In this document: positions 50,681-62,109 of the stretch, piece by piece
How positions within the stretch are numbered: position 1 is the first letter of the stretch
Layout of the letters: every line of letters starts with the position of its first letter
DNA from: Vicugna vicugna
Taxonomy: Eukaryota
Direction of reading: 5' to 3'
Assembly: GCA_013265495.1 (NCBI GenBank)
Contig: MU058531.1
Coordinates: 2,976,911-3,040,910 of the forward strand
DNA: 64,000 bases
The notes under the pieces: generated by a model
Told to the model about the DNA's origin: nothing
The model's database searches: none
What the model saw: the letters and a program-made list of their open reading frames with translations, nothing else
Translations under genes and position numbers: made by a program

Positions 50681-52434
50681 GTTTTTCCTTTCAGTTATTG
50701 TATTCTTCAACTCTGTTTGGTTGTTCTTTATATTTTGTAACTCTCTGTTAAGGACTTCTAACTTCTCGCTCTGTGCATGCATTCTCCTCCCGAGTTCTTT
50801 CTTCATCTTTATGATCATTACTCTGAACTCTTTCTCAGGTAGATTGCCTATCTTCACATCACTCAGCCCTTCTTCTGGGATTTTTATCTTGTTCTTTTGT
50901 CTGGAACATATTCCTCTGCCACCTCATTTGGTCTAAATTTCTATTTGGATTTTTATGTAGGTGGTAGCTTTTAGTTACGTTTCTTGACCTTGGAGAAGTG
51001 GCCCTCCATAGGGCCACTCTGTGTCCCAGCAGTGCAATCCCCTCTCATCACCCAAAAGCCAGGGGCCAGCTGGTCCCAGGGTAGGGTCCGGCCTGAGTTT
51101 GCAGACTTGTTCTGCAGGCTGTGGGATCATAGTTTTCTTGCTTCTGGTGCCTGCCCACTAGTGAGTGGAGCCGGGTCCTGACCCTGTGGAGGGCAGGGCT
51201 GTATCTGGGGATATGTCTAGAGGTGGCTATGGTCTCAGGAAGTCTTTAGGCAGTCTGTTTGCTGATGGGTGGTGATGTGTCCCCACCTAGTTAGTTGTTC
51301 GACCTGAGGCATCCCAGCTCTGTGAACCTATAGCCTACTGGGTGGGGCCAGGTCTTGGTGCTAATAACCCAAGCAGGATGTCAGCCTCCAGGAAGGAGAA
51401 TTTGTGCAGATGAGTACTCCCCAATCTGTCTGCCACCATGTCTATGTGTAACCGAGCAGGACCCTATGGGGCCTTCTGGGGTAGACCTCTCCCCCATATC
51501 CTCTGCTGTAGCTCCTCTCTGAAGTACCCGGATAATAGTATCTCATGCGTCTTTCCTTAGTCTTTCACTGGAAGAATTTAACTACTTGATGATCATGAGC
51601 ACGTAGCGCCCAGACCTTCTGGCGCCTGATTGAGCACCATCAACCAATCAGAGAATCATGCACAGCTGATCACAAACCCTGGGCCGCCCCTCCCTCAGCC
51701 GGTCTTAAGGAAAAAAAACAACTCAGCTGAAACCCTTCAGGGTCTTCAGGGTTTTGGGCACGAGCCTCTCGTTCTCCTTGCTCGGCCCTGCGATAAACCT
51801 CTCTCTGCTCCAAACTCCGATGTTTCGGTTTGTTTGGCCTCACTGTGCGATAGGCACATGAACTTGTGTTCAGTAAAGTGTGTCCCCAGGGCGAGCCACA
51901 GCTGCACCACCACCCCCCTGCCTCCCCAGGAGACCCTCCAAGACCAGCAGGTAAGGCTGCCCAGGCTCCTATGAAATTACTGCTTTTGCTCTTGGTCCCA
52001 ATGAGTGTGAGAGTTTGTGTGCGTCCTTTAAGAGTGAAATCTCTATTTCCCCAGTCCTGTGGCGCTCCTGCAATTAAGCCCCACTGGCCTTCAAAGCCAA
52101 ATACTCTAGGGGCTTCTCTTCCTGGTGCCGGACCCCCAGACTGGGCAGTCTGATGTGGGGCTCAGAACTCTCTCTTCAGTGGGAGAACTGCAATTCTCTA
52201 GTTTGTGGGTTGCCCACCTGGGGGGTATGGGCTTTGATTACATAGCGAGTCTGACCCTCCTACCCATCTCATTGTGGCTTCTTTTTTATGTCTTTAGTTG
52301 TGGAAGATCTGTTCTAGTAGGTTCCAGTCTTTTTAACTGATGGTTGTTCTGCAATTAGTTGTGATCTTGGTGTGTCCATGAGAGGAGGTGAGCTCCACCT
52401 CCTTCTGCTCCGCCATCTTGGCTGCCTTCCGACA
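50681..52434 (-). mobile_element. L1 fragment comprising 5' UTR plus N-terminal ORF1, 3'-truncated; TSD AAGTGAACT
   Basis: Minus strand starts ...CAAGATGGCGG (YY1-type L1 start). ORF1 ATG at 50927 reads MRWQRNMFQTKEQDK then, after a frameshift, IGNLPEKEFRVMIIKM. TSD copies at 50672-50680 and 52435-52443. Confidence 0.85.
51447..51878 (+). mobile_element. Solo ERV LTR (probably ERV1 class) nested in the L1 5' UTR
   Basis: Starts TGTAACC, has CCAAT at about 51644 and GATAAA at 51792, ends ...ttcagtaaag; 4-bp TSD tatg/tgtg with one mismatch; the L1 text resumes on both sides. Confidence 0.75.
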
Positions 52435-52444
52435 AAGTGAACTA

Positions 52445-53200
52445 TTGACTGAGCCTCCTCTATGCCAAGCACTGTCCTTGATGCCAAGACAGAAGGATGC
52501 TCTGCTGGAGCCCATCAGTTGAGACCAGGGAAGTTCCAGGGCTGGATTTCCCATGGTGTGGGAAACCAACATAGAAGTTTATTCTGTGTTCAATGGGCAG
52601 CCACTGGAGATATGCATTTGGAGACTGATGTGACCTGCTGTATGTTTTTAAATATTACTCAGGCAGCTGTGCAGGAAATGAACTTTGAGGAGCAAGAATA
52701 AAGATGAAGACAAGTTAGGTGGCTGCTGAAGTAGATATAAAAGATGGGGAAGCCGGAGGTGGGTGGCATCAATGAGGGTTGTGAGAAATGATCTTGGGAC
52801 ATACTTTGGAAAGGCAGAGCAAACGTAATTTATTGTTGGACAGGATGAAGAACATGAGGGAAAGAGAAGATTCAAGGGTGACTCCTGACGGTGGTTAGAC
52901 AGTAGGGCAGGCAACAAAAATGGGGAAGACCAGAAGAGTGAGAAGTGGAAGAGCCAAGAGTTTCATTGGGGGCATAGACATTTGAAGTCCCAGTGAGATT
53001 CCAGTGGAGAGGAGGCAGCTGGATGCAGGGATGTGGGGTGTGGACTAAAGATACAGTGCTGGGAGTCATCAGATAGTGTTTGCAGATCCATGGTTTTATG
53101 AAATATCCCCAGGGGAGAAGACAGTGAGAGAAGAAACCAGAGCCAGAGAGAACCCAGGGACATGCCAGCATTTAGAGGTCGGGCCAATGGCTGGAATGTG
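52445..53200. mobile_element. Degenerate L2 fragments
   Basis: tattgactgagcctcctctatgccaagcactgt and tttgaagtcccagtgaga...gctgggagtcatcag...ccagagagaacccagggacatgccagcatttagagg patterns. Confidence 0.5.
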
Positions 53201-53362
53201 CAGTAGCTCAGGGCCTGGCAAAAAGTAGGTGTGTGACAAATCTTTGTCACCAAGTAAATAAGAGGCATTGCTCACGGACTTTCTCGAGCAGTTTGCTTCT
53301 GAAGTAAGACTTATCACAAGCTTGAGGACAAGAGGACAGGGATCTTTTGTACTTATTTAGTT

Positions 53363-53368
53363 AATAAA
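53363..53368 (+). terminator. FFAR4: Candidate distal FFAR4 poly(A) signal AATAAA
   Basis: AATAAA with upstream TGTA and T-rich context in unique sequence before the RBP4 3' end. Confidence 0.35.
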
Positions 53369-54552
53369 TTTGGTAAATTAAAGCTATCTTTTGAAGTGAC
53401 ATGTGCTATCTTATGGGTCTCTGGGGTGACATTCACAGCTGAAGAGCCTGGCTCTGACAGCCCCTGTTCCGTGTGAATCACGGGCAGAGCTTTCTTGTAT
53501 GTGGTCCCCTGCCTCCTCCCTTGTTGGTGAGTGGATGACGCACGTTGAGGTGGGGGACCCGGGAGCCTCCACAGCCCCTAGATAGGCCAGCACCCAGGCA
53601 GAGCTCTCCGCACACCCAGGAGCGGGGCGCCCTTCCCTGCCTCCTGACAGGACTCAGAGATGTCAGCCGGGCCTCGCCAGTGTTTGCATGGCTCCTAACT
53701 CTGCTAACTGAGCCCTCCCTGCAGCCCATCAGGCATACACTGTTTCCCCATATTTCACAAGAGAATTGTGAGGCTCAGCCCCAGATTATACAGCTAATTA
53801 CAAATGGGCTTGATTTTGACATGGAACCAAGACTCTGGTACCAAAGCCTTGATGCCTTTTCAAGATGAGAAACTGAGGCTCTTACGGGCTCCTGGGAAAC
53901 TGAGGCACGTGGCTTTGTGTACAGTTCTAATTAGTGTTCATAAGTGCTGCTACTGGTGTGGGACACGATGTTCTGCCCCAAGCCAGCTACTTCCCACTCT
54001 GTCGCCCCCTTGCCTACATACTCCAGGTGGGGGCGCCATGGTCTTCCACCAGGCCTGGCTTCCCGGGTCCCATCTCCTGTTTCCCCCAGGGAAGCCTGTG
54101 GCCTCCTCTCCCTCAACCTTCTGCTCGCCCCTGAAATAAGAAGTGAGTAAGGTGCTGGAGACCATGAAGGGCTGGCGGTGCTTTGTAGAGCTTGCCTAGA
54201 CCATGCATCGTAGCCTCTCAGGCCAGGTGGGTGAGCCTGCGTCCCGCCCATCTCAGGGGCCTGGGGCTGACTGAGGCCTGGGGCTCGCCGGCCTGGCCTA
54301 CACTCGCCTCCTCTTTTGGCCTCAGTAGCTAAGGCCTTCCTGGGTTAATGGGGAAACCCCTTTTTCAGGAAGTTGGGAGAAGAGGCAGTCGTTAATAGTG
54401 GAGATTAGGCACTAGAACAGGGCAAAGGTCGCAAGAGCCAGGAGGCAAGATAAAAGTGCAGCCTACCCAGCCACCTGCAGGGCTTCTCACTTCGACACAG
54501 ACGCGAACACAAATGAAAACCCAAATCATAGGAAAGGGGTAACCGTACATAT

Positions 54553-54558
54553 TTTAAT
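54553..54558 (-). terminator. RBP4: RBP4 poly(A) signal ATTAAA (3' UTR about 54535-54800)
   Basis: Plus-strand TTTAAT equals ATTAAA on the minus strand, about 245 nt after the stop, followed by T/GT-rich downstream sequence on the minus strand. Confidence 0.7.
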
Positions 54559-54800
54559 AAATCAAAATCTGGAATCCTAAGCCTCTAATGATTCCTTAGA
54601 AAACTCCAGGGAAGACATTTGAGTGCAAACAGATTCACTTTTCCCCATATATATTTTTACGTGTAGTAAAGGTTTTATGTTTACGGAGGGGAGGGGAGGG
54701 GAGGGGAGGGGAGCTGGGCAAACTAAACTCCTAAGATAAAGTCGAAGGCTGAGTGAGTTAATGGGAAGTCTCCTAATGAACCTTGACACCCTCCGTGTTG

Positions 54801-54838
54801 CTACAAAATGTTTCTTTCTGATTTGCCATCACAGTAAC
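54801..54838 (-). CDS. RBP4: RBP4 last coding exon (GYCDGKSERNIL*)
   Basis: Minus-strand acceptor tttatttcAG at 54840-54839; TAG at 54803-54801; 38 coding nt. Confidence 0.95.
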
Positions 54839-56309
54839 CTGAAATAAAGAAAACAAAGATATTAATGATAGAAAGATGGACCTGGCATTAAATGTAGATA
54901 GTGAACAGCAGGATGGCCTTAGGGCTCGGCGGTGTCCAAATGCTTCTTGTAAGGTTACAGTGAGATGTCGCTGTAATTCATAAACCCCCTCAAGGCTTTC
55001 TGAAACCCTATGAATTTCTCTGGGCCAGCAGGGTGGACCGGAAGCACCCCATCTGCTATATGAAAGTGTTCTTGTCCTTTGTTTCAAATTTGTCTCATCG
55101 CATTTCAAAGAGATAGAGGTATGTCCTCCTGTTTCAGGAAGTGAGGGCCAGGTCAGCCTGACCTCAGACACTCTTAGCAGTTTCATAGAATGTTTACCAT
55201 CATGTCCTGTGTCATTTGTCACCAGGCAGTGCCACAAAGGGCTTCAGAGTCACAAAACAACCTTGGTTTCACCCAGCTCAGCCCTCTGTTGAAGATCTTG
55301 CGCAGCCTTTGTCATCTTTCTTAGCCTCTGTTTTCTCATCTATAGAATGGGGATAATGAGAATGCCTATTTCATCAGGTGCCTCCAGGATTAAGTGAGAT
55401 GATGCAGGGAAAGGAGTTGGCGTGGACCTGGCTAGGGTGAAATCTTCTACCTGCCCAACATTAGGCAGTCCCTGGGTGAAGCATCAACATCTTACTTATA
55501 TATGTGTTGCATCTGGGTTCATATCTGTTTGGTGTAGTGTGGATCAGCTAGGTAGATGACCAACAGAAAAGTTCAGTTTCATTCTCCTTTTTCTACAGGT
55601 TAGCATTACCCTATTTGGATTTTGAAACCTGGTTTCCCACAGAAGTGAGTGTCAATTCAAACTAAAATGTGCACTTTCCTCCAGAATGCTGTTGGTTTTT
55701 AAATCAAGATCAGACAAGGGTAATATCCATAAAAAGATTCAGTGGTTGTTCCGGAGGATCTCAAAAAAACATGTAAGTGAGGAAAACCAGCTGGTCAACT
55801 TCATGGTTACTTAGTTCCAGATAAGAAAAAGGGCATTTGTGGTGATCGCTCTCTTTTGAATTTGCTGTGGTGATCTCTCTCTTTAAGTTTTTACACAATG
55901 GCCACATTTGCTGCCCAGCTCTTCACTGGGGCCACTCAATCCCAAACAATATGAATTCAGTCAAAATGGTTTTTGGGACATTGTAGCCCAGGACAAAATC
56001 ATGTGAGCACAGACTGGGCACAGGGTAGCAGATAAAAAGGAAGAGTGTTCCCTGTAGTTTTACTTAATTAAAAGTGCCAGAGTTTGGAAAAAGGCTTTTG
56101 CCCTCTCCTTCTGCATCATGATAGGACCGGTAAAAGCTCTGGTCCAGAAGGATGAAGACTTGGGATCAGAGGAGGCTCCCAAGATACCCTGTTTTCTCTT
56201 GCATGCTCATGAAACGCATCTCACGGGGATGCAGACCCAAACTCACTGCCCAGGGACCCCTCAGGGAGAGCAATGGCGCCCTGCTCCTGCCCACCCACCC
56301 ACCACTCAC

Positions 56310-56522
56310 CGTTGTGAACGATCAGCCGGTACTGCCTGGCCAGGCACAGCTCCTCCTGCCTCTGCCTCACGATTTTCTGCACTTCCGGGGAAAAGCCGTA
56401 GGGGTCGCGGGCGAACACGAAGGAGTAGCTGTCAGCGCAGGTGCCGTCCAGGTTCAGGAGGCGGCAGGAGTACTGCACCGCATAGGTGTCGTAGTCTGTG
56501 TCGATGATCCAGTGGTCATCAT
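56310..56522 (-). CDS. RBP4: RBP4 exon 5 (213 nt; [19 protein letters not shown]...LIVHN)
   Basis: ORF 56221-56541; lipocalin TDY motif; acceptor ttgcAG and donor G|GTGAGT. Confidence 0.97.
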
Positions 56523-57444
56523 CTGCAAGCCAGAGAGCCACGGAGTCAGTGTGTCTTCCTCAGCGGCTCAGATGTCAGGGAAACTCACCCGCAGGCCCCA
56601 GAAACCACTGATTTCCGAAAACTAGTTTCATGAGTAAGGAAGGAGGAGAATTCTGACAGCTCTTATAAAATTGAGAAATTGAGAAAGGATCTTGTCGTCC
56701 TTTACAGGAAAAAAAAATCCTGAAGTGTGGGGAGGGGGAGGAACCTCATTTATTTCAGTGATTCTTTCTCTCCCTAACATTAAATATGCTAGCATCTGTC
56801 CAAAGAGCAACTGAGAACGTGGGCCCATCAAAGCCACAGAATAGACCTTCCTACTGTTGTCTTCTCCATCTACTCTCCAACAGTATCTGTGCCTTTGTGG
56901 CTGATGTCTGATGGCTACCAGCATATCTTATCCCCAACATCAGGGTGAGTCTTTTGCATTGATCTGTATCAGCTGGTTCCCGGTCATCTCGCTAACCACA
57001 CTGCCCTCCTGCCTCCCAGTCCACAGGATGACCTGGTTCACGGCTTTTCTGACTCCATCCTCATTCCGGCACAGTAGCCTGACTCACTTCTCCAGACAGG
57101 CAAAAGAGGGTAGATTCTGCCTTGGGGGCACAAGACACCCACCCTCCGACATCAGATATTCTTTCTTAGAGTTTGTATGTTTCAGAGCTCCCCTGATAGG
57201 GGCAGAGCTGAGCCCTTGAAGAATACAGATTAAGTTTCTTCCTAAGACTGGGATGTAAGCCATGAAGAAGAAGTGTAAATAAAGGTGGTAATAATGTCAA
57301 CAAAGGCAAGATGGGAAATCACGTTAGTAAGAATGTATGTGAGGTTTGCTATGGACAAACAACAATGCCCAGGTTTACCCAAATACCTTATATTTGGTAA
57401 GATGTGTCACATCTCTCCTTAGCATTCTTGTTGACATACAACAA

Positions 57445-57680
57445 TGACTAGGACTTCCTGAGCACTTAAATGTCAGTCCCTCTGTGGACACATTTTGTGT
57501 CTTCTCAATTATTCCTCACATTGACCCAAAAGTACACACTATCATCCCCATTTTACAGATGAGGAAACTGAGGCACAGAGAAACTAAATAATTCACCCAG
57601 GATCACAAAGAGCAGGATAGAACTGAGCTTCAATCTGACTCCGGAGCCCCCATGCCTAACCTCCAATCCACACGGTCTCC
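57445..57680. mobile_element. MIR SINE
   Basis: atccccattttacagatgaggaaactgaggcacagaga core. Confidence 0.8.
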
Positions 57681-59157
57681 AGGCAGTAAGTAAAGTGGGG
57701 GTGGGGACATAAGACAAGAACCAAGAAACACAAAGCCTCTGTGTCTCCACTTCACACCCAGGTCATAAAGTAAGTGATGATCTCTACTCTACGCCATTTT
57801 TGTGCTGGAGGGATGCAGAGAACTCCGGGACCCCTAGTATTAGGGGTGTAAGGAAGATCTGTAGTGCTCACCTAAGTCACCTCTGGGTGTACCTCTTGGC
57901 TCTGAGAACCCCGGGGAGTGGGTGCCTGCCTAGGAGGGACTCAGCGCGAATGGAGGCCCTGCAGGAGAGCTGCACAGAGGCGGGTGGTGAGCCCTTTCTT
58001 CAGCTCACTGCAGGCCCGCCAAGGGGAGGACTGAGCCACCCCTGAACCTCCCAGGCTTTCCCACTGGGACAGCATCAGAGGCCAGGATATGGGGGTGGTG
58101 CCCAGACATACAGTTAGTCAGCAGAAGAGCCAGGAACAGAAGCCCTGGGGCCGCCTGCCGGAACTCACCCTGACCACGGGCTCCCCTCACAGGCTCCTGG
58201 GCATTTGGGCAGCGCCGGCTTCCTCTCCAAATGAAGTCATTTCTTCCCCCGTTGTGGGCTTCACCGTGTCAATCACAGCCTACCCCTCAAAAGCACTCTC
58301 CTTTGAAATGTCACCCTGATTTATGCTCGGGGCAGCTAGGAGCCCAGCAAATCTGTAGTTTAATTTCCTCCTCCCGGAATTGTTGCCAGAATGTGAATTC
58401 TGACATAGGAAGTAAGGAATATTCAATGCTTGGTTTTAGGAAAACTGACTACCATTCCTGACTTTAAAAGAGGGCCTGAGTTGGTCTGGTTTCTCTCCAG
58501 GCTCTTTTTGGCTAAACAGCTCAAAGGGAGATGAATTTAAATCATAACCATTTTTACCAGACTCTCCCTCCTAAGATAAAGAGACAGACAGTCTGAAGGA
58601 TGAAAGGATGAGCTTGGTCCTCCCACCTCCTCACTCCCAGAAGCTGCTGGGGGGAGGGAGTCCCTCTGGAGAGCCAGACACCCTCAAGCATTTCAAGACA
58701 GCAGCTATGTGCAAGTAGAACTAGGGAGAGAGAGTGATCAAGGCAGTGGCCGTAGGCCAGGAGGCTCCCCTTGTCTCTACCATCCCAGGAAGTGGGGTTA
58801 CACTGCAGCCATGTCTACACTGTACTCACATAGATAGATTTAGAAGTTTTGATTGCGGGTCCCAAAACCAAAGAAACTGCTTGTAGAAAAAGCTATCTCT
58901 GGCAGCCTGGTTCCCTTGAAGATCTGCCCCTCATTGTGGTGGGCCTGGAACATGTCCCTTCAGCTCCCTATACCTGTCACCTAAAGTGGCAGAACCAGGC
59001 GAGAGGCTCCCTGAAGTTCTCAGGTCTAACAGTCCAGCCAAGCCAGATGGTGGGTAATGCTATTTCTGACTAACTGCCCTCCCAAAGCAGACCCCAGCAA
59101 AGGAAGTGGGGTCTGAGGCCTTGAAACCCAAGGAAGCCAAGGAAACCCTGGATTGAA

Positions 59158-59350
59158 CAGTGGTTCTCAAGCTTCACTGTGCTGAAGGAACACACTTAAG
59201 GAGCACACAGAAGATGCAGACGCTGGGCCCTCAGCCCCAAGAGTTCCTGATTCAATAAGCCTAGGTTGGAGCCCACAAATCTGCATTTTTAACAAGCGCC
59301 CCAGCTGATCTGAATGCCGATGGTCCAGGGACCCTGACTTTGAGAAACTG
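59158..59350. mobile_element. MER5A (hAT-Charlie) DNA transposon
   Basis: Terminal cagtggttctcaa...tttgagaaactg inverted ends and internal atctgcatttttaacaagcgcccc. Confidence 0.75.
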
Positions 59351-61228
59351 ATGTAGACACTCAAGCCCGTGTTGTTATTCAGCCTGACAAGGGCCCCTAT
59401 ACCAGCTGAGTGACAGACTATCTGGAAGATGGACAAAGGAGCATCTGTGTCCAGGTCTTTCTGGGAGGGCCCAAAGGAATGACGGCCATAGCTAACGTCT
59501 ACTGAGCCCTTATTATAATCAAGCTAAGCATTTTTTCATGCATCACCTTAATTAGACCTCCAACAGTCTTACGAAATAGGGATTATTCTTTATCCCCATT
59601 TCACAGCTAAGGAAATTGAAGTTCAGAATGGCTAATCAATGGTGAAGCCCATATTCAACCAAGACCAGCTGATGGCGGTGTCCTTAACCCCTGAGACATC
59701 CTGTTTGCCTTTGGCACAGCTGGGGCGGAAGGAGACCAGCCCAGAGCAGGCTCAAGGCTGGGGCAGAAAGCCATGCCTGAGTTTGTTAACACTGAAATTT
59801 AATATTCAACTGTAGAGATTTCATTTTTAAATAATTTCACAAATTTAATGAGTATTTGCTCCTGAGTTATTTTCTTCTCTTAAACATAATCTGTTGGATG
59901 AAATGCAGATTCAAAAAATTAGTAATCTTGTGCCTCTTAGTATTGATTTTTGTAATCCATTATTAGAAAAGTGTATCTTTTACTCTAAATGGATCACTTT
60001 AGGAAGTTTTGCTGCGTTATTTGAAATAACTTTTATTATTTCTAAGGAGAAAAGCTTTCTTCCCCTTGTGGAATAGCAACTCCATTTGTACAGTGTAAAT
60101 CAATACTGAAGATACAATCTGATAAAAAATAAAATCTCATCTGACACACAACTGTAAAGAAGTCAAGGAGTGATGCCCCATATAGATGGGTTACTTCTGT
60201 CCTGGCTCACCAAGCTAAGAGACTTCTGGACAGCCTGCTGGGGCCTATTTCCCAGGAGAGCTCCAACAATATCTTGTAAAACTGTAAAAGGTGTTTTGTA
60301 TCAGGAGCCCCTGCTGTTCAGGGCCGACTAATCCTGACCTGACCTGAGACTTGGAACCTCTGGCTTCTGACACTGGCTCTCACAAACGTGTTGCATGACC
60401 TTGGGCAAAGCACTACCTTCTCTTGGCCTCAGTTTATTCATCTGTATATTGAACCCCCTTCATAGGGTTAATCTCCATCTCTAAGATCCCATGACGTGTC
60501 CCCACTGGCTGGCATTCTCTAGGCACCAAGTTGACTCCAGTTTTGAAACTCAGGAGAAATGGAGAAAAAAACAGAAAGAGTATGTACGTGTACTTTCTCC
60601 AACATCCACATCAGGTCAAAGGGTGCTCTTCTGAGAGTCCTCAACACCCTGTTCGGCATATGAGTTTCAGGACTTGGGAGGAAGGCAAGAGGTCACTGTC
60701 ACTCAGAACACTATGCCTGGCTCAGAATCTTAGCATTGGTAGGTAGGGCACCGGGGAGTGAGCTAACCCTGTGCACAAATGGTCCCTCTGTCCTTGGATG
60801 AAGGTCTCAGAGCCTCCTCTGTGGGCTCCAAGTAGTCAGGCTGCCTCAGGGATTCCAACAAAAGAAATGGAGAAAATGTAAACCCAGGTTGAGTGGTGAT
60901 GTGGGTTGGGACTGGGGAGGTGGGAGGTCTAAGCATGGAGAAGGGTACACATCATAGCATGGTGGTTGGATGGGTAAATGGCAGGAGGAGGTCACGTGAC
61001 AAGCCCAAAGGTCCTTTTGCGCATGGGTTAGGTTTTTGAGTTGGGAGTGGGGGAGGGTGGGGACGGTGAAGGGGTCTATCTACTCCCAATCTCACCCCTC
61101 AGCCTCAAGCTGTGCTGAGGTTTTCTGGCTACTTACAGACCCAAGGGTGCCACTAGAGAAGAAACCCAGCGATTTGGCTAGGTATGTCTCCCAACCCCCA
61201 AGACGGTCCCACTGAGCTGACTACTCAC

Positions 61229-61335
61229 TTCCTTTCTGGAGAAAGGACGCTACGCCCCAGTACTTCATCTTGAACTTGGCAGGGTCCTCGGTGTCTGTGA
61301 AGGTGCCCACCATGTCTGCACACACGTCCCAGTTA
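61229..61335 (-). CDS. RBP4: RBP4 exon 4 (107 nt; [35 protein letters not shown])
   Basis: Within ORF 61221-61829; acceptor ttttgcAG and donor A|GTGAGT. Confidence 0.97.
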
Positions 61336-61488
61336 CTGCAAAAGCCAAGGGGATCCTGAGCCAGGGCGGGCAAAGGGCTTTCTCCTTCCATCCCACCCCG
61401 GGTGCTCCCTTCCCTCCCCAGTCGGCGTTTGGCGCTCAGTCCAGGGGACCCTGCAGCGCAAAGAGCGCAGCCCCCAGAGGCCACTGAC

Positions 61489-61625
61489 TTTAAAAGACGG
61501 ACTCGGCCCTTGGCCGTGGCGCTCATGTGGCCATTCTCATCCACGGAGAACTCGGCGATGATATTGTCCTGCAGAAAGAGGCCCTCGGGGTCCTTCTTGG
61601 CCATGGCGTACCAGGTGCCGGCGAA
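61489..61625 (-). CDS. RBP4: RBP4 exon 3 (137 nt; [26 protein letters not shown]...RVRLL)
   Basis: Lipocalin GxW motif; acceptor cttccccAG and donor AA|GTCAGT. Confidence 0.97.
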
Positions 61626-61723
61626 CTGGGGAAGAGAGGAGAGCGGGGTTTGGTGTCGGGGAGCGCACTGCCGGCGGCCGCCGGGAAAGGGGAACGCGGG
61701 GGATCGGGGACGCCGATACCTAC

Positions 61724-61834
61724 GCGAGCCTTGTCGAAGTTCTCCTTGACTCGGAAGCTGCTCACCCGGCAGTCGCGCTCCGCCCGGGCGCTGCCCAGCA
61801 CCGCCAGTAGCATGAGCGCCCACACCCACTCCAT
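61724..61834 (-). CDS. RBP4: RBP4 exon 2 coding part (signal peptide [18 protein letters not shown] plus [19 protein letters not shown]); exon starts at 61852; total 606 nt = 201 aa
   Basis: ATG in strong Kozak context (aagATGg); donor CGC|GTAGGT; acceptor ccccgcAG at 61854-61853. Confidence 0.97.
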
Positions 61835-62022
61835 CTTGCTCGGGAGTCCGCCCTGCGGGGACCGCGCGCAGTGAGCGCCCGGCGGCTAGACCACCCGGCC
61901 AGCCACTGCTGGTCCCCAGACCCCATCCCTCCCGCGCCCGCCTCCCCCCTCCCCGATCCCGCCGGCCCCCGGCCCCCCATCCGGCTCATCCTGGCCCGCG
62001 ATCTCGCCCGGCCGCAGCTCAC

Positions 62023-62085
62023 CGTCGGGAGCTGCGCGTAAGCCTGGCCGGGGGTGCGGGCGCGCGGGGAGCCAGGGAGGCGAGC
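62023..62085 (-). other. RBP4: RBP4 non-coding exon 1 (5' end approximate)
   Basis: Donor ACG|GTGAGC at 62022 on the minus strand, with a TATA box about 25-30 nt upstream of the inferred start. Confidence 0.75.
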
Positions 62086-62109
62086 GCGCGGCGGGGGCCG
62101 CCCGGCCGC

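Noticed and set aside
55838..55884. Short imperfect direct repeat (tgtggtgatc.ctctcttt twice); similar small repeats at about 12005-12040 and 21816-21840
   Set aside because: Ordinary slippage-type micro-duplications with no spacer structure; not CRISPR-like, and the sequence is eukaryotic.
61221..61829. 202-aa ORF spanning RBP4 exons 3 and 4
   Set aside because: Chance read-through of a 153-nt in-frame intron; canonical splice sites give the normal RBP4 protein.
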